DNA of 64,000 nt, taken from Chthoniobacterales bacterium (GTDB lineage: Bacteria > Verrucomicrobiota > Verrucomicrobiia > Chthoniobacterales > UBA10450). The DNA lies in contig DATBCV010000019.1 of the NCBI GenBank assembly GCA_036270275.1, positions 10,883 through 74,882 on the forward strand, in the 5' to 3' direction. Of the stretch, positions 1 through 9,943 are shown piece after piece; positions within the stretch are counted from its first letter, which is position 1; each line of letters starts with the position of its first letter. The position numbers and the translations under genes are program-made. Below the pieces are notes generated by a model that did no database searches, was not told the DNA's origin, and worked only from the letters and a program-made list of their open reading frames with translations.

Positions 1-1
1 T

Positions 2-280
2 ACCGAGCTGACGAAATCGCTCGGGTTGAATCCAAAAAGCGCGACGGCGCACAATTATCTCGGGATTACGGCGAGCCAGAAAGGCTGGCAGGAAGCGGCC
101 GAGAAAGAATTGCTCGAGGCCGTCCGGGAAAATCCCAATTACGCCGATGCGCATTTTAATTTGGCCGTGATCTACGCGACTTCGTCGCCCCCGTCGCGCG
201 AACAGGCCAAACAAGAGTACACGATCGCGACCAAGCTCGGCGCGCAACCGGACGCGAACCTCGAGAAATTGTTGCGCTAA
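2..280 (+). CDS. TPR-repeat protein, C-terminal fragment (5' end lies outside the window)
   Basis: The frame is open to the window start. TPR-like repeats are present (NPKSATAHNYLGI, NPNYADAHFNLAVIY). The stop codon is at 278-280. Confidence 0.6.
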   Translation, partial: TELTKSLGLNPKSATAHNYLGITASQKGWQEAAEKELLEAVRENPNYADAHFNLAVIYATSSPPSREQAKQEYTIATKLGAQPDANLEKLLR

Positions 281-304
281 GCAGAATCGCGCGCGCCGAG
301 CGCG

Positions 305-1030
305 ATGCTAGCTTGTCTCGTGCGACCATTCCTGACCGCGAACTGGCGTTATCTCGCCATGCTCAATTACATTGTCGATCCAAAGACCGTCGCGCCGCTC
401 GTTCCGCCCGGCACTGAAATCGATTTTGAAAATGGCGAGACGTTCTTGAGCGTCGTCGGCTTTTTGTTTCTCGACACGCGTCTGCTCGGGCTGCCGATTC
501 CGCTTCATCGCGATTTCGAGGAGGTCAACCTGCGCTTTTACGTTCGCAAAAAATCCGCGGACATGTGGCGCCGCGGCGTGGTCTTTGTTCGCGAGCTCGT
601 TCCGCGGCGCGCGATCGCGACGGTGGCGCGCGTCTTTTACGGCGAGAACTATGTCGCGCTCCCAATGAAGCATGAGATCGAGCACGTCGATTCCAAGATC
701 AGTGTGGAATATTCCTGGCGGCGCGGACGCAAATGGGAATCGCTCAAAATGAGCGCGAGCGGCGAGCCGAAAATAATTCCCGCGGGATCGCACGCGGAGT
801 TCATCACCGAACATTATTGGGGCTACACTTGTTTTCGGGGCGGGTGCAGCGAATACCGGGTCGAGCACCCGCGCTGGAAAGTTTGGAATGCCGAGCGTTT
901 CGAATTCGCGGCGGATGTCGCGACGCTTTACGGCGAACAATTCGTTGAACCGCTAAGCGCGCAGCCGCGTTCCGCATTTATCGCCGATGGCTCGCCGATC
1001 CAGGTTTTACTTCGCGAGCAGTTGCCGTAG
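305..1030 (+). CDS. DUF2071-family protein (YqjF-like)
   Basis: 241-aa ORF. The N-terminal WRYLAMLNY...DP..V..LVPPG and FLSVVGFLF pattern is typical of DUF2071. It overlaps acnA convergently by 24 nt. Confidence 0.65.
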   Translation: MLACLVRPFLTANWRYLAMLNYIVDPKTVAPLVPPGTEIDFENGETFLSVVGFLFLDTRLLGLPIPLHRDFEEVNLRFYVRKKSADMWRRGVVFVRELVPRRAIATVARVFYGENYVALPMKHEIEHVDSKISVEYSWRRGRKWESLKMSASGEPKIIPAGSHAEFITEHYWGYTCFRGGCSEYRVEHPRWKVWNAERFEFAADVATLYGEQFVEPLSAQPRSAFIADGSPIQVLLREQLP

Positions 1031-3883
1031 CACGTACGGCAGAATTCCGCCGTGCCGGTAATAATCGATCTCGATCGCCGTATCGATTCGCACTTTGACC
1101 GGAAAGTAGCGCTGCTTCCCGTCGGCAGTCTTGATTTCAACCGTTAAGCGCTGCCCGGGTTGCAACGAGTCCGACAAACCGTTGATCGAAAATATTTGCG
1201 AACCATCAAGGCCGAGCGATTCCGCAGTCACGCCGTCGAGAAATTGCAACGGGAGCACGCCCATGCCGACGAGGTTCGAACGATGAATGCGCTCGTAGCT
1301 CGCCGCGATCACCGCTTTCACGCCGAGCAATTTCGTTCCTTTCGCCGCCCAATCGCGCGACGAACCGGTCCCGTACTCATGACCTGCGAGAATGATTAAC
1401 GGGATTCCATCTTCCTGATATTTCATGGCCGCATCAAAGATCGACATCACCTTTCCGGTATCCGCTTTCCGGTTTCCGAAATACTTCGTCACGCCGCCTT
1501 CGGTCCCCGGCACCATCAGATTTTTAATTCGGACATTGGCGAAGGTGCCGCGCGTCATGACGAGATCATTTCCGCGGCGACTGCCGTAGCTGTTGAAATC
1601 TTCCGGCTTGATTCCGCGCGATTTTAAATATTCACCGGCCGGTGAACTTGGCTTGATCGCGCCCGCTGGCGAAATGTGATCGGTCGTAACTGAGTCGCCG
1701 AAAATACCGAGCGGCCGCGCGTTCACGATGTTGTCGATCTTGCAGGCTGCCATCGAGAAATCTTTGAAGAATGGCGGCTCGTGGATGTAATCGCTCTTCT
1801 CGTCCCATTGATAAACTTCGCCGGTGCTCGACGGGATTTCATTCCACTTCGGATTCTGATCGGCAAAGTCGCGGTAAAGTTTGCGGAAAACTTCCGGCGT
1901 GAGCGCGGATTGCATCGCGTCGCGAATTTCGGTCAGCGAAGGCCAGAGATCGCGCAGATAAACTTCGCCTTCTTTTCCTTTGCCAATCGGCTCCTTGCTA
2001 AGATCGACATCCACGCGGCCGGCGAGCGCGAACGCAACTACCAGCGGCGGCGACATCAGAAAATTCGCTTTAATGTTTTGATGGACGCGCGCTTCGAAAT
2101 TTCGATTTCCGGAAAGGACAGACGCGGCGACGAGATCGAATTGATTGATCGCCTGCTCGATGTTCGGATGGAGCGGCCCGGAATTTCCGATGCAAGTCGT
2201 GCAACCGTACCCGACGAGATTAAAACCGAGCTCGTCGAGATATTTTTGCAGCCCAGTCTTATCGAGATAATCCGTGACGACACGCGAGCCTGGTGCCAGC
2301 GAAGTTTTCACGGCGGGATCGACTTTTAATCCGCGCTCCACTGCTTTTTTCGCCAACAATCCGGCCGCGAGCATCACGCTTGGGTTGCTCGTGTTCGTGC
2401 AGCTGGTGATCGCCGCGATCAAAACTGTTCCGTGACCAATCTGACTTTGGCCGTGATGAAACGGATCCGCGCTCGTATCTTCGATTTCCTTCGCGGTATC
2501 GGGCGTCGGCCGATTCGCGATCATCTCCAATTTATTGCGCTCCTCCGCGCCTTCGACTTCACCTTGGTCCGTCGAAGGCATTTCGCCGTCAGTCGGCGCG
2601 CTCCCGTTGAGTTGGACGAGATGCTTCGCGCTAAGATCGACATCGGCTTTGCCGTAACCGCCTTCTTTCACGGGTTTTTTCAGCAACGAGCGAAATGTTT
2701 CGCCGAGCGCCGGAAGATTGATCCGGTCCTGCGGCCGTTTCGGTCCGGCCACCGCCGGTTGCACGTCGCCAAGATTCAATTCGAGATCGACCGAGTAATC
2801 GATCTCGCCTTTGCGCGGCATGCCGAACACCTTTTGCGCGCGAAAATAATTTTCAAACGCGGCGCATTGTTCGTCAGTCCGTCCAGTCGCGCGCAAATAA
2901 GCGACCGATTCGCCATCAATCGGAAAGAATCCCATCGTCGCGCCATACTCTGGAGACATGTTGCCGATCGTCGCGCGATCCGGCACAGGCAATGACGCCG
3001 CGCCGTCTCCATAAAACTCGACAAATTTTTCAACAACTTTTTGTTTCCGCAGCATCTCGGTGATGTGGAGCACGAGATCGGTCGCGGTCACGCCTTCGCG
3101 CAATTTTCCGCTCATATGAACGCCGACGACTTCAGGAGTTAAAAAGTAAACCGGCTGGCCCAGCATTCCGGCTTCCGCTTCGATTCCGCCAACGCCCCAC
3201 CCGACTACGCCGAGGCCATTGATCATCGTCGTGTGCGAATCGGTGCCGACAAGCGTGTCGGGGAAAAATATTTCCGCTTTCCGGTTCCCGCTTTCCGGTT
3301 TCGATAAAACGCCTTTGGCGAGATACTCGAGATTTACCTGGTGAACGATGCCGATTCCCGGCGGGATGAGTTGGAATGTTTTAAAGGCTTGCTGGCCCCA
3401 TTTTAGAAATTGGTAACGCTCGCGGTTGCGCTTGAATTCCATGTCGAGGTTCAACTGCAACGCGCGCGGTGAGCCGAAGAAATCGACCTGGACTGAATGA
3501 TCCACCACCAGATCGACCGGCACGAGCGGCTCAATGATTTTTGGATCGCCCTTCAGCCGTTGGACGGCGCTGCGCATCGCGGCAAGATCGACAACGAGCG
3601 GCACGCCGGTGAAATCCTGGAGGACGATGCGCGCGACGACGAATGGAATTTCCTCGTTCGCTGGTTTCTTCGCGTTCCATTTCGCCAGCGTCTCGACGTC
3701 TTTGCGCTGAACCTTTTTGCCGTCGCAATTTCGCAGGACCGATTCGAGAACGATGCGAATGCTCACGGGCAATCGTGAAATTTTTCCGACGCCTTGCTCT
3801 TCCAACGCTGGCAAGGAATATAAAAATCCTTCACGGCCGCTTCCGGCGTCAAACTTCGTCAGCGTTCTAAAGTCGTCAGTCAT
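1007..3883 (-). CDS. acnA: aconitate hydratase A
   Basis: 958 aa. The Fe-S ligand motifs [13 protein letters not shown] and [12 protein letters not shown] are present, and similarity to AcnA/IRP runs the full length. Confidence 0.95.
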   Translation of the reverse strand: MTDDFRTLTKFDAGSGREGFLYSLPALEEQGVGKISRLPVSIRIVLESVLRNCDGKKVQRKDVETLAKWNAKKPANEEIPFVVARIVLQDFTGVPLVVDLAAMRSAVQRLKGDPKIIEPLVPVDLVVDHSVQVDFFGSPRALQLNLDMEFKRNRERYQFLKWGQQAFKTFQLIPPGIGIVHQVNLEYLAKGVLSKPESGNRKAEIFFPDTLVGTDSHTTMINGLGVVGWGVGGIEAEAGMLGQPVYFLTPEVVGVHMSGKLREGVTATDLVLHITEMLRKQKVVEKFVEFYGDGAASLPVPDRATIGNMSPEYGATMGFFPIDGESVAYLRATGRTDEQCAAFENYFRAQKVFGMPRKGEIDYSVDLELNLGDVQPAVAGPKRPQDRINLPALGETFRSLLKKPVKEGGYGKADVDLSAKHLVQLNGSAPTDGEMPSTDQGEVEGAEERNKLEMIANRPTPDTAKEIEDTSADPFHHGQSQIGHGTVLIAAITSCTNTSNPSVMLAAGLLAKKAVERGLKVDPAVKTSLAPGSRVVTDYLDKTGLQKYLDELGFNLVGYGCTTCIGNSGPLHPNIEQAINQFDLVAASVLSGNRNFEARVHQNIKANFLMSPPLVVAFALAGRVDVDLSKEPIGKGKEGEVYLRDLWPSLTEIRDAMQSALTPEVFRKLYRDFADQNPKWNEIPSSTGEVYQWDEKSDYIHEPPFFKDFSMAACKIDNIVNARPLGIFGDSVTTDHISPAGAIKPSSPAGEYLKSRGIKPEDFNSYGSRRGNDLVMTRGTFANVRIKNLMVPGTEGGVTKYFGNRKADTGKVMSIFDAAMKYQEDGIPLIILAGHEYGTGSSRDWAAKGTKLLGVKAVIAASYERIHRSNLVGMGVLPLQFLDGVTAESLGLDGSQIFSINGLSDSLQPGQRLTVEIKTADGKQRYFPVKVRIDTAIEIDYYRHGGILPYVLRQLLAK

Positions 3884-3890
3884 ATTTGCA

Positions 3891-3949
3891 CCACGAAGAT
3901 CACGAAGGACACGAAGTTAACAGCATAAAAATCTTCGTGTTCTTCGTGG
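3891..3949. repeat. CACGAAG-unit inverted repeat (long imperfect hairpin)
   Basis: The left arm ccacgaagatcacgaaggacacgaag faces the right arm cttcgtgttcttcgtgg. It lies between the acnA start and the peroxiredoxin stop. There is no T-run in terminator position. Confidence 0.6.
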
Positions 3950-3958
3950 CGGAAAAAA

Positions 3959-4453
3959 TCATTTTAATTCCGCGAGTTTCGCTTTGATTTTGTTGAAGTC
4001 CGGCAGCTGCTTCGCGTCGTCATTGCTCTCGGCGTATTGGATGACGCCACTCTTGTCGATGACGAAGGCGGAACGTTTCGGGACGCCGCCCATGCCGAGA
4101 TTGATTTGCGGCAAAAAGGAATCGTAAGCGACGCCGTAATCTTTGGCGATCTTGTGCTCGTAATCGCTCAGCAAGGTGACGCCGATGCTTTCTTTTTTCG
4201 CCCACGCTTCCTGCGCAAATGGATTGTCGCCGCTGATCCCGTAGACTTCGCAGTTCAGTCCGCTGTATTCGCGCAGTCCGTTGCCGACGGAGCACATTTC
4301 TTCCGTGCACGTTCCGGTGAACGCCATCGGGAAAAACAGGAGCAGCGTGTTTTTCTTGCCGAAATTGTCGCTCAACTTGATCTGCTTCGGACCGTCGGCG
4401 GTCTTCGTGGGCAAACTGAAATCTGGCGCTTCGGTTCCAACTGCAAGTGGCAT
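3959..4453 (-). CDS. peroxiredoxin (AhpC/TSA family, 1-Cys/AhpE-like)
   Basis: 164 aa with the peroxidatic Cys motif FPMAFTGTCTEE. The N-terminus GTEAPDFSLP is typical of Prx. Confidence 0.85.
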   Translation of the reverse strand: MPLAVGTEAPDFSLPTKTADGPKQIKLSDNFGKKNTLLLFFPMAFTGTCTEEMCSVGNGLREYSGLNCEVYGISGDNPFAQEAWAKKESIGVTLLSDYEHKIAKDYGVAYDSFLPQINLGMGGVPKRSAFVIDKSGVIQYAESNDDAKQLPDFNKIKAKLAELK

Positions 4454-4652
4454 AAATAATCCTCCGGTTTGAGTTTAACGGGGGAACTTCAGTATAAGAT
4501 CGACATCTGCGCGGTCAAAAGCTTTACAGAATTAACCGCTGATTGCGCGGATGAAACAGATTCAGAAAGGCTTGCTTTCCAATTCCCTCCGCTAAATTCG
4601 CGTTATCCGCGGTTCTCTTTTCTTTGACGTGCGCTGTGCTAAACTAGCGGCC

Positions 4653-5069
4653 GATGGCAGATGATCGCTGGTGAATCGCAAGATTCGCCAGAGGAAAGTC
4701 CGAACACCATACGGCAGCATGCCGCGTAGAATACGCGGGCGGCGTTCGCGCAAGCGGGCGTTGACGGAAAGTGTCACAGAAAAGACACCGCCGGTTCTTT
4801 GAGAGAACAACTGTTCTTTTTTAGCGCAGGTAAGGGTGAAAAGGCGAGGTAAGAGCTCACCGCGCGCGGAGCAATTCGCGCGGCACGAAAAACCCCATGC
4901 GGTGCAAGACAAAACAGAGGCAGGACAGCCGGTCCGATTTAATCCTCGGGTATCGTCGCATCACTTAGACTGTAGCGGCGGTCTCTGACCGTCGATCATG
5001 GTTTAAGGGCGTTCGCCACGGCGAATGAGATAAATGATCATCCACGACAGAATTCGGCTTATCGCCATC
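4653..5069 (+). ncRNA. rnpB: RNase P RNA, bacterial class A
   Basis: The universal P4 strands are present: GAGGAAAGTCCG at 4691-4702 and ACAGAATTCGGCTTAT near 5047-5062. P1 (gatggc/gccatc), P2 (gatgatc/gatcatc) and the P3 hairpin can be drawn. GGTAAGGGTGAAA and GGTAAGAGCTCACC motifs are also present. Confidence 0.9.
4970..4994 (+). repeat. CTGTAG-hairpin repeat copy inside rnpB
   Basis: The 25-mer ctgtagcggcggtctctgaccgtcg is identical to 49418-49442. Confidence 0.85.
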
Positions 5070-5076
5070 TAAATAT

Positions 5077-5116
5077 GAAGGGCGCTTTCGGAAACGAGGG
5101 CGCCCTTCGCTTTTTT
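5077..5116 (+). terminator. rho-independent terminator after rnpB
   Basis: A 9-bp GC-rich stem (gaagggcgc / gcgcccttc) with a 14-nt loop is followed by TTTTTT. Confidence 0.8.
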
Positions 5117-5507
5117 ATTTCAAAGATTCAATCTTGCCGTTAACAGTAATTGCAAACGCTGCTGAGCGCGCCGCGTACTCGGCTTGTGCAATGATTTCCG
5201 GGAAGCATCGGGTAAATTTGTTCGCCTGCTCCCAAAAACTTAGATCGGTCCATCCGGGCTTTAGGAAAAATATTGTGTGTCCTGCTTCTCTCCATGCGCG
5301 AACCTCGTGTGGATTGCGACTGATTCGGACATCAGCCGTGATGATGACCCAACCTTCCTCTGCGGATAGAGCTTTCATCCACACGATATCTTCTTCATTA
5401 GCTCGGAATTTGTCGCGCAAATGCACGACTTCGTGATCCGGCTGGACCATTTGATTTATTCCGTGGGCAAGCTTCGCCGCGAGATTGTTATCAAAGAAAA
5501 ACTTCAC
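5115..5507 (-). CDS. DUF5615-family PIN-like protein (putative toxin)
   Basis: 130 aa with the N-terminus MKFFFDNNL...L typical of DUF5615/Mut7-C-like RNases. It overlaps the upstream DUF433 gene by 4 nt. Confidence 0.65.
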   Translation of the reverse strand: MKFFFDNNLAAKLAHGINQMVQPDHEVVHLRDKFRANEEDIVWMKALSAEEGWVIITADVRISRNPHEVRAWREAGHTIFFLKPGWTDLSFWEQANKFTRCFPEIIAQAEYAARSAAFAITVNGKIESLK

Positions 5508-6202
5508 GCGGCCAGCGCTTCTTCGAACTCAACCGCTTCACGAACGGATTTAGGGTTGATTTCGAACCAGCGCGCGACCTCGTCAATGGAACCGTTAGCT
5601 TCGGCGCTGCGGGCCAAAACCTGAGTCGGAATTCCCTCGCGGAAAATGATCGGCTGACCAAAGCTACGTTTTGGATCGAGCGCGACCTGGTGACTTCTTC
5701 CACGGGGCCACCACCGAAAAGGCACTTTCGAGCTATCGAACTCAATGTCTTTGAGAAACGGTCGGATAATTTTGTCGAATACTCGCTGAAGATCACGCAT
5801 GTCCCATAGCGTGGCTTCGTTATTTCTCTCCTGAAACTCCATGAAGATTGTTTGACCGTCCGTTGCAAAGCGGTTCGTGCAAAATGGATGTGAATGTCCA
5901 ACAACCTCGCGCGCACGATCATGGACCTGTCGCAATGTTTTCCAACTAACGCCCGCGGAAACGAATGCGTCGACACACCTAATTTCCAAAAGGTCAAGGA
6001 AACCAAGCGCCATCGCGTGATCGATCGAATCGAGTTGGCTGTTCCAAACAGCTGGCGATCTGTGGCGGCCGTGTTTCACTTTGAACTCATAACCTCTGAG
6101 CCAGCGACGAATTCTGCGAGGCGAAACGTCGGCCAAGCGCGCAGCCTCGGATACGGTGTAAATACCGGTTTGAAGCAATTCGACTTTCATACTGGCTGCC
6201 AC
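5504..6202 (-). CDS. MerR-like HTH plus DUF433 domain protein (putative antitoxin)
   Basis: 232 aa. The N-terminal HTH is YTVSEAARLADVSPRRIRRW. The C-terminal DUF433-like region is GQPIIFREGIPTQVL...SIDEVARWFEI. Confidence 0.65.
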   Translation of the reverse strand: MAASMKVELLQTGIYTVSEAARLADVSPRRIRRWLRGYEFKVKHGRHRSPAVWNSQLDSIDHAMALGFLDLLEIRCVDAFVSAGVSWKTLRQVHDRAREVVGHSHPFCTNRFATDGQTIFMEFQERNNEATLWDMRDLQRVFDKIIRPFLKDIEFDSSKVPFRWWPRGRSHQVALDPKRSFGQPIIFREGIPTQVLARSAEANGSIDEVARWFEINPKSVREAVEFEEALAA

Positions 6203-6253
6203 CTAAGGGCCAACCTTAGACGAAGTCACGGTTCAATTGCAACTCGATGGCGG

Positions 6254-7345
6254 TTAATACCCGAGAACATCGTCGAGACACGCAAGCAAATGTGAAACGG
6301 TTTCTTCGGTTTCGTCGCCCATGTTGGAGAGGCGGAATGTTTTGCCGCGGAGTTTGACGTAGCCGGGATCGATGATGAGGTGATGTTTTTCGCGGAGGCG
6401 CTTTGCAAGATCGACAACGTCGATGTTTTTGTTGTTCGCGACGCAGGTAAGCGTCTTTGATCGGAAACCTTCTTCGGCAAAGAAATCGAAGCCGGCTCGT
6501 TTTACCCAATCGTGGACGAGCGCGTTCGTTTGCGAGTGGCGCGCGTAACGCGCGTCGAGACCTTTTTCGAAGATTTCTTCGAGCTTGGATTGAAGCGCGA
6601 AGATGTGGCCGATGCTCGGCGTCGTCGGCGTCATCCAAGCTTCTTGCTGTTTTTTGAACTCGAGGAAGTCGAAGTAGTAGCCGCGATCTTTTTGTTTCTC
6701 GGCGCGGGCGAACGCTTTTTCGGAGACGCTGAAGAGCGAAAATCCCGGCGGTAGGGCGAGCGCTTTTTGCGAGCCGGTGAGCATGACGTCGATGCCGAGC
6801 GCGTCCATGTCGACCTTCATGGCGGAGAATGATGAGACGGTGTCGAGGATGAGAACCACTTCGGGATATTTGGCGAGCGTGTAGCAAATTTCCGGTAACG
6901 GATTCATGACGCCGGTTGAAGTTTCATTTTGAATCAATGTGACGGTGTCGAATTTTCCGGACGCAAGCGCGCGATCGACATCTTTGTGATCGACATGTTT
7001 TCCCCAATCGACCTGAAGTGGCTCCGAGTTTTTGCCGCAGCGTCGCGCGACGTCGAGCCATTTGTCGGAGAACGCGCCACACATGCAACAAAGCACGCCG
7101 CGATTAACCAAGTTTCGGATCGACGCTTCCATCACGCCCCACGCCGATGACGTTGAAAGAAACACTGGCTGCTTCGTGCCGAAGAGCGTTTGCAGCTTCG
7201 GATGAATGTCGCGGTAGAGATTTTTAAAATCTTCGCCGCGATGACCGATCATCGGTCGCGAGAATGCGGCCATTGTTTTGGGCGAGACTTCGACCGGGCC
7301 GGGAGTGAAAAGCTTGTCGTGCGGCTGCACGAAGCAAACGTTCAA
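6254..7345 (-). CDS. class V aminotransferase (serine-glyoxylate/phosphoserine aminotransferase-like)
   Basis: 363 aa with LFTPGPVEV at the N-terminus and the SQKAL PLP-lysine region. The start is uncertain: TTG at 7345 or GTG at 7330. Confidence 0.8.
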   Translation of the reverse strand: MNVCFVQPHDKLFTPGPVEVSPKTMAAFSRPMIGHRGEDFKNLYRDIHPKLQTLFGTKQPVFLSTSSAWGVMEASIRNLVNRGVLCCMCGAFSDKWLDVARRCGKNSEPLQVDWGKHVDHKDVDRALASGKFDTVTLIQNETSTGVMNPLPEICYTLAKYPEVVLILDTVSSFSAMKVDMDALGIDVMLTGSQKALALPPGFSLFSVSEKAFARAEKQKDRGYYFDFLEFKKQQEAWMTPTTPSIGHIFALQSKLEEIFEKGLDARYARHSQTNALVHDWVKRAGFDFFAEEGFRSKTLTCVANNKNIDVVDLAKRLREKHHLIIDPGYVKLRGKTFRLSNMGDETEETVSHLLACLDDVLGY

Positions 7346-7370
7346 CGCTCAACGCTCAACGTCCAACGCC
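7337..7370. repeat. tandem heptamer repeat (AACGCTC-like, about 5 units)
   Basis: The units read aacgttc aacgctc aacgctc aacgtcc aacgcc. The repeat spans the predicted start of the aminotransferase gene (TTG at 7345) and runs into its 5' leader. Confidence 0.8.
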
Positions 7371-7396
7371 GAAATCAGAAAATGAAGTTGTCGATC

Positions 7397-7912
7397 TTAC
7401 GATCGTTCTTTTTTGATGAAGCTGATGTCGCCGCTACGCTCGAGGCGTGCAACCCGAATCTCCGATATATCTTCGGTTTTGGCGTCGAGACGCAGGTCCT
7501 CTTCGAGGTCGTGTTTGGAGACCAGACACTGCGCCATTGTTTTCCAAATGATCTCGCCATTGCGCACGAGCGTCTCGTCCACTCCTTTAATCACTTTGCC
7601 AAACCAGTGCGAACGGAAGGCAACGAATGCGAATCCCCGGTGAATAAACACGAGAATGACACCCGCGCCGATGGTTGGGAAAAACGGGGCGGCCCCGTTG
7701 ATTGCGCGGGAGAGCATCGAACCGAGCAAGACAATGAAGATCGCGTCAAATGCGGTTTTTTGGGAGAGCGAGCGGCGATCGCCGACGCGGACCATCGTCA
7801 GGCCGGCAATGAAGATGATAAGTCCGCGGATCGAAATTTGCAGAAGAGTGAGCTCCTTGGCCTGACCATCAGGGCCAATGATCATGAGGATAAAATCATG
7901 AAGCGCATTCAT
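7397..7912 (-). CDS. YetF/DUF421-family membrane protein
   Basis: TM segments are followed by a C-terminal GEII...L....L.EEDL region typical of DUF421. The start is placed at MNALHDF; the upstream part of the track ORF is probably not coding. Confidence 0.65.
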   Translation of the reverse strand: MNALHDFILMIIGPDGQAKELTLLQISIRGLIIFIAGLTMVRVGDRRSLSQKTAFDAIFIVLLGSMLSRAINGAAPFFPTIGAGVILVFIHRGFAFVAFRSHWFGKVIKGVDETLVRNGEIIWKTMAQCLVSKHDLEEDLRLDAKTEDISEIRVARLERSGDISFIKKERS

Positions 7913-8009
7913 ACCAACGTTTCGTCGCGCCAACTCGCGGCGCGCGTATGGATGTCCGAGACAAATCCAACTGCGCGCTTCAGCGCGTTTTATTAGTGGG
8001 AGGAAATTT

Positions 8010-8249
8010 ATGGCGAGAGGGAGCAAAAAGAAGTACACGCGAAAGCAAAAACGGAAGGCATCGAAGATTGAGCGCAGTTACGAGAAGCGCGGCGTAGGCA
8101 AGAAGGAAGCGAAGCGCCGCGCATGGGCCACCGTTAACAAATCCGATCGCGGCGGACGAAAACCCGGTGGCGGTGGGCGCGGAAAGAAACGGAATAAATC
8201 GCCGATGCGCAAAGGCGGGCGAAAAGGCGGCCGCAAAAAGAAACGCTAA
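8010..8249 (+). CDS. small highly basic protein (KYTxKQKRKA...RRAWATVNK family)
   Basis: 79 aa. The conserved-looking N-terminal half resembles a widespread small hypothetical family. The tail is Lys/Arg/Gly-rich. Confidence 0.5.
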   Translation: MARGSKKKYTRKQKRKASKIERSYEKRGVGKKEAKRRAWATVNKSDRGGRKPGGGGRGKKRNKSPMRKGGRKGGRKKKR

Positions 8250-8391
8250 GCGAGCCGATGTCGCATAAAATAAATCGACACTCGTACTGCCGGAGAAAGG
8301 CGGCCGCGGAGCGCGGACGAAGTCGGGCAATGAAACGGCACAATCTGCAAAGTCGCAGCAAAGCGAAAAGTGCGCGCGGAGGTTGAAGCCT

Positions 8392-8610
8392 TTACTTTTT
8401 TCCGCGACCGGTTTTTTGCTGGAGCTCTTCGATTTTTTTCGACGCTTCGGCTTTGGTAAGCTTCTCGTTAAATTCCTCGCCGGCTTCGCGGCAAAGTGTT
8501 TGCAAGTAGGATCGTTGCGGGCCGGTCATGGGTTCTTCACCGGTGGTCCAATCTTCCGGATCTTTCTCCGGATTTTGCATTGGCGGCGTGGGTTCGTCGG
8601 GAGTCATCAA
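8392..8610 (-). CDS. DUF3072-family protein
   Basis: 72 aa with DPEDWTTGEEPMTGPQRSYLQTL...LTKAEASKKIEELQ, which matches the DUF3072 pattern. Confidence 0.7.
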   Translation of the reverse strand: MMTPDEPTPPMQNPEKDPEDWTTGEEPMTGPQRSYLQTLCREAGEEFNEKLTKAEASKKIEELQQKTGRGKK

Positions 8611-8716
8611 ATACTAATCGCAGCGTGCGGGCTTCTCCCGCTTGCGCCCGCAACTTTAGCGTGGCATAAGAGCAAACTCACGCGGGTCAATCGGTCCGCC
8701 CAAGATCGACAACTAC

Positions 8717-9493
8717 ATGCCTATAGCTCCTCCAGCGACTGAACCTTCCGTGGAAGCGCGGGTCTTTTGGTTACGACACCAAAAGGAAATCGCCGCCGTC
8801 CTGATCGTTCTTCTCCTGGCGATCCTTGGTTATGGCGGATACCAGCTTTATACCAATCGGCGAAGCGCAAACGCGGCCGAGTCGTTAGGCAATGCGAAAA
8901 CGCAGCAGGATTACGAAGCGGTCATTGCGAATTATCCCGGAACGCCCGCCGGCGCGAGTGCGTATTTGCTTCTCGCTCAAAAACAACGGGAGGAAAAGAA
9001 GCTCGCTGAGGCAAACGCGACGCTACAGAAATTCGTCGACAAATATCCGGAGCACGATCTCGGTGCGACCGCTCGTGCGGCGATGGCGGCAAATTTGGAG
9101 TTAATGGGCAAGCACGACGAAGCCCTGGCGATGTATCAGCAGGTCGCGCAGAAATATCCCGACTCCTACGTCGGGCCGCTCGCGCTCATCGCGCAGGTGC
9201 CGTTGTTGAAAGCGAAGAACCGAACTGACGAAGCGCGTCATGTTTGCGAAGAAATGCTGACGAAATATCGAATGCCCGGTCAGCAAAGCGGAAGTGCGCA
9301 GGACAATCGAATGGAAACGGTTTGGGTCGGCGAAGCGATGCGGCAATTGCGCTCGCTCAAACCGCCGGAGCAAGCAAAACCGACCATGCCTCCAGCCGCG
9401 CTCGCAAAGCCGCCGCCGATGATCGCTGCTCCGTCCGTGGCACCGGCTGGACCTCCGCCGCCCGCGGGCGCGCCAACACCGAAAAAGCCGTAG
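8717..9493 (+). CDS. membrane-anchored TPR-like protein (YfgM-like) with a Pro-rich tail
   Basis: 258 aa with one N-terminal TM helix, TPR-like helical repeats and a C-terminal PPxxAP low-complexity region. Confidence 0.55.
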   Translation: MPIAPPATEPSVEARVFWLRHQKEIAAVLIVLLLAILGYGGYQLYTNRRSANAAESLGNAKTQQDYEAVIANYPGTPAGASAYLLLAQKQREEKKLAEANATLQKFVDKYPEHDLGATARAAMAANLELMGKHDEALAMYQQVAQKYPDSYVGPLALIAQVPLLKAKNRTDEARHVCEEMLTKYRMPGQQSGSAQDNRMETVWVGEAMRQLRSLKPPEQAKPTMPPAALAKPPPMIAAPSVAPAGPPPPAGAPTPKKP

Positions 9494-9535
9494 TCTGGGA
9501 TTGCGGCTGCGACGGCCGCCACTGCAGAAGTTTGA

Positions 9536-9931
9536 TTAGCGCTTCGAGAATTGAAAACGCTTGCGCGCGCCGGGCTGCCCCGATTTCTTGCGCTCTTTCA
9601 TCCGCGGATCGCGTCGAAGCAGTCCTTCTTTTTTTAACCCGCCGCGAATATTCGGATCAGTTTGGAGAAGAGCGCGCGCGATCGCGAGGCGAACCGCACC
9701 GGCCTGACCGGCAACGCCGCCGCCACTCGCATTGATTGAGACGTCGTAGGTGTTAACGACTTTCGCAGACTGTAACGGTTGGAGGACGACGTTTTGTAAC
9801 GGCACGCTTGGAAAATAATCTTCAAAGCTGCGGCCGTTGACGTCGATCTTACCGCTGCCCGCGGACATCCGAACACGCGCGACCGAAGTTTTGCGGCGGC
9901 CAGTAGCAATAAATTCTTCCGTCTGAGCCAT
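9536..9931 (-). CDS. rpsI: 30S ribosomal protein S9
   Basis: 131 aa with GGGVAGQAGAVRLAIARAL and a C-terminal KKSGQPGARKRFQFSKR. Confidence 0.95.
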   Translation of the reverse strand: MAQTEEFIATGRRKTSVARVRMSAGSGKIDVNGRSFEDYFPSVPLQNVVLQPLQSAKVVNTYDVSINASGGGVAGQAGAVRLAIARALLQTDPNIRGGLKKEGLLRRDPRMKERKKSGQPGARKRFQFSKR

Positions 9932-9943
9932 AGAGAAATTTCC

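Noticed and set aside
4592-4912. 106-aa minus-strand ORF
   Set aside because: It lies entirely antisense to the RNase P RNA gene, and the RNA motifs explain the region.
6216-6887. 223-aa Arg-rich minus-strand ORF
   Set aside because: It is an alternative frame of the aminotransferase gene, and its composition is an artefact.
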